Both the position numbers and the translations under genes were made by a program. Shown here piece by piece: positions 19,500 to 26,469 of a stretch of DNA of 64,000 nucleotides (its first letter is position 1; the number at the start of each line of letters is the position of its first letter). Origin of the DNA: Gemmatimonadota bacterium (GTDB taxonomy: Bacteria; Gemmatimonadota; Gemmatimonadetes; Palauibacterales; Palauibacteraceae); contig JAVVDU010000002.1 of the NCBI GenBank assembly GCA_032251515.1, positions 17,936 to 81,935 of the forward strand. Direction: 5' to 3'. The notes below the pieces were generated by a model, which was not told where the DNA came from, searched no databases, and saw only the letters and a list, made by a program, of their open reading frames with translations.

Positions 19500-20155
19500 G
19501 CGTCGTGATGTGGGCGGCGGCCGCCTATCTGGCCGGGTCCGTTCCGGCGGCCTGGATCGCCGGCCGGGTCGCGGGCATCGATCTGCGCAGCCGGGGAAGC
19601 GGAAACCTGGGCGCCACGAACACCTGGCGAGTGCTCGGCCCGCGGGCCGCGATTCCCGTCGTTCTGTTCGATGTGCTCAAGGGTTACCTGCCCGCCGCGT
19701 ATTTTCCGCTCCTCGACGGGCGGGCGGGGCCCTCGCTGACGCTCCTGTACGGCGGGCTCGCCATCGCGGGTCACGTGTGGCCCGTGTGGCTGGGCTTCCG
19801 GGGCGGCAAGGGAGTCGCGACGGGTGCGGGCGTGCTGGTGGCCCTCGCGCCCCTCGCCGCTCTCGTGGCGCTCCTGACCTGGATCGGGATCGTGTCGCTC
19901 ACCCGCACGGTTTCGTTGGCGTCGCTGGTCGCGGCCGCCTGCGTCCCCGTCGTCGCCCGGGTGACGGATGCGGGGGCCGAAGCCGTCGGGTTCGGAGTGG
20001 CGGCGGCCCTGTTCGTCTTCTGGACGCACCGGGCGAACCTCGGCCGGCTGCGGCGCGGCACGGAGCTCAGGTTCGGCGGTCGCGACGCGCGGGCGGCGGC
20101 CGCCGAACCGGAAGGAAGCGAGTCGACGGAGGGAGAGAAGGGGAGGGGACCGTGA
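19496..20155 (+). CDS. plsY: glycerol-3-phosphate acyltransferase PlsY
   Basis: ATGA overlap with der. PlsY motifs GSGNLGATN and HVWPVWLGFRGGKGVAT. Confidence 0.85.
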   Translation: MSVVMWAAAAYLAGSVPAAWIAGRVAGIDLRSRGSGNLGATNTWRVLGPRAAIPVVLFDVLKGYLPAAYFPLLDGRAGPSLTLLYGGLAIAGHVWPVWLGFRGGKGVATGAGVLVALAPLAALVALLTWIGIVSLTRTVSLASLVAAACVPVVARVTDAGAEAVGFGVAAALFVFWTHRANLGRLRRGTELRFGGRDARAAAAEPEGSESTEGEKGRGP

Positions 20156-21165
20156 GCCGCACCCCGATCGCCGTCATCGGAGGAGGGAGCTGGGGCACGG
20201 CGCTGGCCGACTGCCTGGCCCGCAACGGGCATGCCGTACGCCTGTGGGTCCACGAGCCGGAGGTGGCGCAGGCCATCGCCGCGGACCGCCGGAACGAGGC
20301 CTACCTCCCCGGCGTCGAGCTGCATGCCGGCCTCCGGCCTGCACACGATATGGAAGTCGCGCTGGAGGGCTGTAACGTAGTGATTTCCGTGAGTCCATCT
20401 CATGTCGTGCGAGAGGTGATGACGCGGGCGGCGCCGACGATTCCGGCGGGGGCGCTCGTCGTGAGCGCCTCGAAGGGCCTCGAGATCGAGTCGGGGCTGC
20501 GGATGAGCGAGGTCCTCGCCCAGGTCCTCGGCCGGGAGCGCGCAGCGGGGTGCGTGGTGCTGTCCGGTCCGAGCTTCGCGGCCGAGCTCGCGCGGCGCCT
20601 GCCCACCGCGGTCGCCCTGGCGTCCGGGTCGCTTCCGAACGCCGAGCGGGTGCAGGCGCTGTTCCAGAACGAGCACTTCCGGTTGTACACGCAGGGTGAC
20701 GTGATCGGGACGGAGCTGGGCGGCAGCCTGAAGAACGTCGTCGCGCTGGCGGCGGGGATCAGCGACGGGCTCGGCCTGGGGGCCAATGCGCGGGCGGCCC
20801 TCCTGACCCGCAGCCTCGCCGAGCTCGGCCGGCTGACCGAGCGCTGCGGGGGCGACCCGGCCACCCTGTCGGGACTCGCCGGAGTCGGAGACCTGGTCCT
20901 CACGTGCACGGGCGACCTGAGCCGGAACCGGCGCGTGGGCCTCGCGATCGGCGAGGGACGGTCCCTGGCGGAGATCCTCGCCGGCATGCGGTCGGTGGCG
21001 GAAGGAGTGCGCACCACCCGGGCCGTCATGGAGCTCGCCGGGAAGCACGGGGTGGAAATGCCCATCGCCGCCGCCGTATACTCCATCCTGTACGAAGATG
21101 TCGCCCCCCGTGAGGCCCTCGCGGCACTGATGGCACGGGAGCCGAAGCCCGAACGCTGGAGCTGA
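20152..21165 (+). CDS. gpsA: NAD(P)H-dependent glycerol-3-phosphate dehydrogenase GpsA
   Basis: GTGA overlap with plsY. Signature IAVIGGGSWGTALA and GpsA C-terminal domain. der-gpsA synteny as in Firmicutes. Confidence 0.9.
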   Translation: MSRTPIAVIGGGSWGTALADCLARNGHAVRLWVHEPEVAQAIAADRRNEAYLPGVELHAGLRPAHDMEVALEGCNVVISVSPSHVVREVMTRAAPTIPAGALVVSASKGLEIESGLRMSEVLAQVLGRERAAGCVVLSGPSFAAELARRLPTAVALASGSLPNAERVQALFQNEHFRLYTQGDVIGTELGGSLKNVVALAAGISDGLGLGANARAALLTRSLAELGRLTERCGGDPATLSGLAGVGDLVLTCTGDLSRNRRVGLAIGEGRSLAEILAGMRSVAEGVRTTRAVMELAGKHGVEMPIAAAVYSILYEDVAPREALAALMAREPKPERWS

Positions 21166-21170
21166 CCGCC

Positions 21171-21521
21171 GTGGATGACCGGATCGCCGAAAAGGAGTAC
21201 TACTCGATCGGCGAGGTCTGCGAGCTCACCGGCCTGAAGGCGCACGTCCTGCGCTACTGGGAGACCCAGTTTCCGGCGCTGCGGCCGACCAAGAACCGGG
21301 CCGGAAACCGTGTGTACCGGCGGCGGGAGATCAAGCTCGTGCACCTGCTGCGGCACCTCCTGTACGGCGAGAAGTACACCATCGAAGGGGCCCGGCTGAA
21401 GCTCGAGCAGCTCCGCCGGGGCGGCCGGCTGTCGCGGGCCGCCCGCGTCGCCTGGGAGACGGACGCGGTGCGGGAGCTGCGACGGGAGGCGGATGCCCTC
21501 GTGGAGCTTCTCGACACGTGA
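21171..21521 (+). CDS. MerR-family transcriptional regulator
   Basis: HTH YSIGEVCELTGLKAHVLRYWE, followed by a coiled-coil. Confidence 0.6.
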   Translation: MDDRIAEKEYYSIGEVCELTGLKAHVLRYWETQFPALRPTKNRAGNRVYRRREIKLVHLLRHLLYGEKYTIEGARLKLEQLRRGGRLSRAARVAWETDAVRELRREADALVELLDT

Positions 21522-22297
21522 GCGGCACCCGCTCCCTCCCCCGAACGCCGCGCATTCTCTGCACGAACGACGACGGCATTCACGCCCGCGGGCTCGCGGT
21601 GCTCGTCGAGGCCGCCCGGTCCCTCGGCGAGGTGACCGTCGTGGCGCCCGACCGGGAGCAGAGCGCCACCAGCCATTCCCTCACCGTGCACCGCCCCCTG
21701 CGGGTCACCACGCTCGACGGGACGCGGCACGTCATCGACGGAACGCCCACCGACTGCGTCCTGATCGCCGTGAACCAGTTGCTGGAGGAGCGCCCGGACT
21801 TCGTCCTCTCGGGGGTGAATCACGGTCCGAACATGGGCGAAGATGTCCTGTACTCCGGGACGGTCGCGGCCGCCATGGAGGCGACGATCCTCGGGATTCC
21901 GTCGATCGCCGTCTCGTTCGCCAGCCGCGACGTCGCGCGACTGGCCGAGGGGGCGGAGGCCCTGGCCGGCATCCTGCGCCCGCTGCTCGGGCGCGGCGAG
22001 TTCCCCCGGGAGACCTTCTTCAACATCAACCTGCCCGACATCGCGCCGGCCGAGATCCAGGGCGTGCGCGTCACGACGCTCGGGCGCCGGGTGTACTCCG
22101 ATTCGCTGACCCGGCGGGAGGACCCGGCCGGGCGGGAGTACTTCTGGATCGGGGGAGGCGTCTCCAGCTGGCACGGCAGGGATGACTCGGACTTCCGGGC
22201 CGTGCGCGCCGGGTTCGCCTCGCTCACGCCGTTGCGGCTCGACCTCACGAACTACGGGCTGATGCACGAGGTGCGCACGTGGATCCAGGCGCCGTAG
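21518..22297 (+). CDS. surE: 5'/3'-nucleotidase SurE
   Basis: ILCTNDDGIHARGL N-terminus. Classic surE-pcm pairing. Confidence 0.85.
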   Translation: MSGTRSLPRTPRILCTNDDGIHARGLAVLVEAARSLGEVTVVAPDREQSATSHSLTVHRPLRVTTLDGTRHVIDGTPTDCVLIAVNQLLEERPDFVLSGVNHGPNMGEDVLYSGTVAAAMEATILGIPSIAVSFASRDVARLAEGAEALAGILRPLLGRGEFPRETFFNINLPDIAPAEIQGVRVTTLGRRVYSDSLTRREDPAGREYFWIGGGVSSWHGRDDSDFRAVRAGFASLTPLRLDLTNYGLMHEVRTWIQAP

Positions 22298-22932
22298 CCG
22301 GCGCGTATCGCCACTCGCGGCGCCGTCTGGTCGAGGCGCTCGCCGCGGGCGGCATCGAGGACCTCGCGGTGCTGCACGCCTTTCACGCGGTGCCGCGCCA
22401 CCTGTTCGTGCCCGAGGCGGTGCGGCACCGCGCCTACGAGGACGCGGCGCTTCCGCTGGGCCACGGACAGACGATCTCGCGTCCCGCCGTGCATGCCGCG
22501 TTCCTGCAGCTCGCCGGGCTGCAGGGCCACGAGCGCGTGCTGGAGATCGGGACGGGGTCGGGCTTCCAGACGGCCCTCCTGGCCACCCTGGCGCGCGAAG
22601 TGTGCACGGTCGAGGTCGTCCCCGCGCTCGCGGACGAGGCCCGGCGGGCCGTCACGGCCCTCGGGTTCGAGAACGTGAGCTTCCTCACCGGAGACGGGAG
22701 CGCGGGCTGGCCGGCCAGGGCCCCGTTCGACGTGATCCTGGTGGGCGCGGCGGCCCCCGAGGTGCCGGCGGCGTTGCAGGAGCAACTCGCGGTGGGCGGC
22801 CGGCTCCTCATCCCGGTCGGAGACACGCGGCGGCAGGTGCTCCTGCAGGTGGACCGGACAGGGGATGGCTGGTCCACGCGGGAGGTGGAGCCGGCGCGGT
22901 TCGTCCCCCTGGTGGGAGAGGGGGGCTGGTGA
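22279..22932 (+). CDS. pcm: protein-L-isoaspartate O-methyltransferase Pcm
   Basis: VLEIGTGSGFQTALLA SAM motif. PCMT fold. Confidence 0.85.
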   Translation: MDPGAVAGAYRHSRRRLVEALAAGGIEDLAVLHAFHAVPRHLFVPEAVRHRAYEDAALPLGHGQTISRPAVHAAFLQLAGLQGHERVLEIGTGSGFQTALLATLAREVCTVEVVPALADEARRAVTALGFENVSFLTGDGSAGWPARAPFDVILVGAAAPEVPAALQEQLAVGGRLLIPVGDTRRQVLLQVDRTGDGWSTREVEPARFVPLVGEGGW

Positions 22933-23549
22933 CGGAACCGGCCACCCCCCCGGCGAAGCGGGACAACGTGTTGCGGCGTCTCTATCACTGGGTGCTCGGC
23001 TGGGCGGACCGGCCCGGGGGCACCGCGGCCCTGTTCGGCATCGCGTTCGCCGAGGCATCCTTCTTCCCGATCCCGCCCGACGTCCTGCTGATTCCGCTCG
23101 CGCTGGGCCGCGTGCGACGGTCGCTGTGGTTCGCGCTCGTCTGCACCTTGGGATCGGTGTTCGGAGCCATGGCCGGTTACGCGATCGGCGCCTTCCTGTT
23201 CGCCTCCGTCGGCCGACCACTGCTCGAGTTGTACGACGGCATGGACCAGTTCGCGCACCTGGGTCGCCTGTTCGACGAGAACCTCCTGCTGACCCTCGGT
23301 ACGGCGGGGTTCACGCCGATCCCGTTCAAGGTGTTCACGATCGCCTCGGGGGCGTTCGCCGTCTCCTTTCCCGCCTTCGTGGCCATCTCCGCGCTGAGCA
23401 GGGGAGCACGCTTCTTTTTCGTGGCGGGGCTGATCCGCGCCTTCGGGGAGCCGATCCGGGGCTTCATCGAGCGGTACTTCAACATCCTCTCGGTGGCCTT
23501 CGTGGCACTGCTGGTTCTCGGATTCCTGGCCGTCTCCATCCTGTTCTGA
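22929..23549 (+). CDS. YqaA/DedA-family (SNARE-associated) membrane protein
   Basis: GTGA overlap with pcm. Conserved FFPIPPDVLLIPLAL segment. 206 aa with several TM helices. Confidence 0.6.
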   Translation: MTEPATPPAKRDNVLRRLYHWVLGWADRPGGTAALFGIAFAEASFFPIPPDVLLIPLALGRVRRSLWFALVCTLGSVFGAMAGYAIGAFLFASVGRPLLELYDGMDQFAHLGRLFDENLLLTLGTAGFTPIPFKVFTIASGAFAVSFPAFVAISALSRGARFFFVAGLIRAFGEPIRGFIERYFNILSVAFVALLVLGFLAVSILF

Positions 23550-23624
23550 GCTCCGCCGGGAACGACGCCCGGCCGTCCGCCGGGCGCGACGGCCGGGCGC
23601 GAATCGGCCCCGGGGCGGCCCTCT

Positions 23625-23640
23625 TGGCACGAGAGCGGCT
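23625..23640 (+). promoter_or_regulatory. candidate sigma-54 (-24/-12) promoter TGGCACG-AGAG-CGGCT upstream of the 23751 gene
   Basis: GG-N10-GC spacing matches TGGCACG-N4-TTGCW, except that TT is replaced by CG in the -12 box. About 110 nt upstream of the ATG. rpoN is present in the window. Confidence 0.25.
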
Positions 23641-23750
23641 CCGCCCGTAGGTTGACGGGCCGCGTCCGGGGGCGCATTCCCGCCGGCGCCCATGTGACCT
23701 GTTCGTAATTCATTGTCAAAAAGTCATTTACGCCGAAAGGTGCAAGCGGC

Positions 23751-24584
23751 ATGGCAAGGCAGATCGCGAAGGAATCCCGTTCCGGACCACCGCCGCCCGA
23801 GGACCGCGTCACCGAGACGATGGTCACGGCGGCCGTATGGGCGGAGCGACATCGCCGCACCCTCGTTCTGGCGGTGGTGGCCGCGGTCGCCCTGGGCCTG
23901 GCCGGCTGGGCGTGGCTCGACTACCGGGGCAAGCTGGTGGAGCGTGCTGCCACGCGCCTGGACGAGATCCGTCTCGAGGCCGCCTCCGGAGCGCCTCCAT
24001 CGGAGGTGAAGGCGGCGCTCGCCACCTACGTGGAGCAGTTCGGCGACACGTCGTTCGGTAACGAGGGACGGATGTACCTGGCCCGGCTCCAGATGGAGGA
24101 GCGGGACTACGCGGCGGCGATCCGGACCCTCGAACCGGCGGCCGAGCTGCGGGAGAAGACTCCGGTCGCGTTCCGCGCCGCCGAGTCGATCGCCGCCGCG
24201 GAGGAGATGCGCGGCAACCCCGAGGAGGCGATCCGCTGGCTGCAGCGCCTGGCGGACGCGGCGCTGTTCGCCGACCAGGCCCGGCGGGCGGAGGCGGAGA
24301 TCGCCCGGATCGCCGCGCAGGCGGGCGACCTGGAGCGGGCCCGGGCGACGTACGCCCGGCTCGTCGCCGAAACGGCCGCGGAGGACCAGGCCGCCGGCGC
24401 GGAGCTGGCCGAGTGGCGGGTGCGGCTCGGGGAGGTCGAGGCGGCGCTGCGCACCGACGCCGAGATCCCGGCGCCGCCCGTCGCGGCCCCGGCGGCGGCG
24501 ACGCAGACGGAAGGGGCTCCGGGGAGCGAGGCGCCTGGTGCGGACGCGCCCGTGGAGGAAGGCAGCGAGGCTAACGGCGCATAA
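23751..24584 (+). CDS. YfgM-like membrane-anchored TPR/helical-repeat protein
   Basis: Cytoplasmic N-terminus, one TM helix (TLVLAVVAAVALGLAGWAWL), an Ala/Glu-rich helical periplasmic domain and an acidic low-complexity tail. Confidence 0.4.
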   Translation: MARQIAKESRSGPPPPEDRVTETMVTAAVWAERHRRTLVLAVVAAVALGLAGWAWLDYRGKLVERAATRLDEIRLEAASGAPPSEVKAALATYVEQFGDTSFGNEGRMYLARLQMEERDYAAAIRTLEPAAELREKTPVAFRAAESIAAAEEMRGNPEEAIRWLQRLADAALFADQARRAEAEIARIAAQAGDLERARATYARLVAETAAEDQAAGAELAEWRVRLGEVEAALRTDAEIPAPPVAAPAAATQTEGAPGSEAPGADAPVEEGSEANGA

Positions 24585-24601
24585 GGTATATTATGTAAAC
24601 T
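24574..24601. other. dif: dif chromosome-dimer resolution site (XerC/XerD target): ACGGCGCATAA-GGTATA-TTATGTAAACT
   Basis: 21/28 identity to E. coli dif. Fits the cross-phylum consensus ATAAnrTAyATTATGThAAnT. Located in the convergent gap where coding strand switches. Overlaps the stop codon of the 23751..24584 gene. Confidence 0.6.
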
Positions 24602-24658
24602 AGCGCTCCGGTCTCTCCGCCCGCGTTCCTGTTCCGGGCGCGGCCGTCTCTTCCCCGC

Positions 24659-25426
24659 TCACAGCCGCCCGAAGATCGACGCGAGGCGCAGGGCCCACAC
24701 CCGCCACACGGCCTCCCGCACGATCGCCCCCGACATCTTGCTCTGGCCGTCCGTGCGGTCGCTGAACACGATCGGGACCTCGTGCAGGCGGAACCCCTTC
24801 TTCCAGGCCCGGAAGTCCATCTCGATCTGGAACGCGTAGCCGGTGCTCCCCACGCGCTCCAGGGGGATCGCCTCCAGCACCTCGCGCCGGAAGCACTTGA
24901 AGCCGCTCGTGGCGTCCGACAGGGGCATCCCGGTGATCCAGCGCGCGTACCGGTTGGCGAACCAGGACAGGAGGAGCCGGCCCATCGGCCAGTTGATCAC
25001 GTTCACGCCGCGCACGTAGCGGGACCCGATGACCAGGTCCGCCTCCTCGCGGGCCGCCCGCAGGAGCTCGGGCAGGTAACGCGGGTCGTGCGAGAAGTCC
25101 GCGTCCATCTCGCACAGGAAAGCGTAGCCCCGCTCGAGGCCCCATGCGAACCCGGCGAGGTAGGCCGAGCCGAGTCCCTGTTTCCCGGCGCGATGCAGGA
25201 CGTGCACCCGGGGCGACTCGGTCGCGAGCTGATCCGCGATCCGCCCCGTGCCGTCCGGCGACGCGTCGTCCACCACGAGGACGTCGATGCGGGAATCGGC
25301 CGCGAGGATCCGCGGCAGGATGCCCGGCAGGTTCTCGGCCTCGTCGTACGTCGGGAGGACGACGAGCGTCCTCTCGCGGCCCGTCCGGCCTTCACCCTCG
25401 CGCCTGTCGCTGCCGTGCTCGCTCAT
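24659..25426 (-). CDS. Dpm1-like GT2 polyprenyl-phosphate mannose (or hexose) synthase, soluble type
   Basis: LVVLPTYDEAENL, VLVVDDASPDGT, DADFSHDP and SRY..GV...W (Dpm1/Ppm1 catalytic domain). No C-terminal TM. Start at 25426 verified by residue count. Confidence 0.75.
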   Translation of the reverse strand: MSEHGSDRREGEGRTGRERTLVVLPTYDEAENLPGILPRILAADSRIDVLVVDDASPDGTGRIADQLATESPRVHVLHRAGKQGLGSAYLAGFAWGLERGYAFLCEMDADFSHDPRYLPELLRAAREEADLVIGSRYVRGVNVINWPMGRLLLSWFANRYARWITGMPLSDATSGFKCFRREVLEAIPLERVGSTGYAFQIEMDFRAWKKGFRLHEVPIVFSDRTDGQSKMSGAIVREAVWRVWALRLASIFGRL

Positions 25427-26469
25427 TTCCTCTCGTCTGCCGTCTCCGAGGGGCCGCGCCCTCCGCCTGTGTCGGGTGGGCCGCCGTCGATCCGCCGCGA
25501 CGTCTCCGCCCTCCCGCCGGCCCGCGGGAGCCAGGCGACCCCGAGGGCGCCGAGCTCCGCCGCGGTCGACCACAGCCGGGCGACCGCGGCGAACGCCGCC
25601 GCCGGAGCGAGGGAAACGGGGCCCGTCGCCACGAGGAGGCCTGCCAGAGCCCCTTCCCTCACCACCAGGCCGCCGGGCGCGAACAGTGCCAGGTAACCGG
25701 CCAGGTAGGCTGCGGCGAACAGGCCGGCGAACCTCCACGGGCCGGGGTCCGCGGGCCCGCCCACCCCGCGCCACAGGAGCCACAGTCCCACGCCCTGCAG
25801 GAGCCAGGCGGCCACCAGGGCCGCGCCGCCGGACCACAGGGCCCGGGGCCCGGATCGCGCCAGCGCGGCCGTCTCCCCTTCCCCGAAGCGGCGTGCCAGC
25901 AGACGGGCCAGCCGCACGGCCGGTGCAGGCCGCAGGAGAAGACCGAGCCCTGCCACGACGAGCGCCGCCGCCCCCACCCGCATCCAGGCGCCGCCCGGCG
26001 TGCCCCCGAGGGACGCCAGGGCGACGGCCGCCCCCGTGCCCAGCACGAGGACCTGGAAGAGCGCTGCCGCGGCGAGGGCGGCCGCGCCCGCGCCCCGGCG
26101 CTCGCGCATGTAGGCGGCGAGGCCGGCGAGCTGCCACACCTTGCCGGGAACGTAGCGGCCCAGGTTCGTGGTCATCCACACCCGGATGCCCTCTGCCGTG
26201 CCGCAGCTGCCTCCCAGACGCCGGAAGATACCGACCCACACCCGTCCCATCACGAACAGGGAGAGGATTCCGGGGCCCAGCGAGGCGAGGGCCCAGCCCG
26301 GGCGCAGGCGCCATCCCGCTGCGGCGAGGTCGGCCCGCAGCCGGCCGAGCTCGCCGCCCTGCCGCGCCCACAGCGCGCCGAGAAACGCCAGCGACAGGAC
26401 CACGAACGCCCACCCCCCGAGACGCAGGCGGCGGGACGCGCGCCGGGGCTCAGCCGGCGTCCCGGACAC
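25423..26469 (-). CDS. flippase-like polytopic membrane protein (UPF0104 / lysyl-PG-synthase-TM-like domain)
   Basis: Start is a GTG at 26469 (V19 of ORF 25423..26523). About 8 TM helices. ATGA-coupled to the Dpm1-like gene. Family call is from general similarity. Confidence 0.4.
   Translation of the reverse strand: MSGTPAEPRRASRRLRLGGWAFVVLSLAFLGALWARQGGELGRLRADLAAAGWRLRPGWALASLGPGILSLFVMGRVWVGIFRRLGGSCGTAEGIRVWMTTNLGRYVPGKVWQLAGLAAYMRERRGAGAAALAAAALFQVLVLGTGAAVALASLGGTPGGAWMRVGAAALVVAGLGLLLRPAPAVRLARLLARRFGEGETAALARSGPRALWSGGAALVAAWLLQGVGLWLLWRGVGGPADPGPWRFAGLFAAAYLAGYLALFAPGGLVVREGALAGLLVATGPVSLAPAAAFAAVARLWSTAAELGALGVAWLPRAGGRAETSRRIDGGPPDTGGGRGPSETADERK

Noticed and set aside
20360-20420. 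Local GC dip inside gpsA
   Set aside because: Falls in a conserved GpsA segment (EGCNVVISVSPSHVVREV) in the correct frame. No sign of insertion.
24605-24650. Imperfect inverted repeat CGCCCGCG...CGGGCGCG after dif
   Set aside because: Only about 6 bp of perfect stem. Could be a weak bidirectional terminator. It is not separately supportable.
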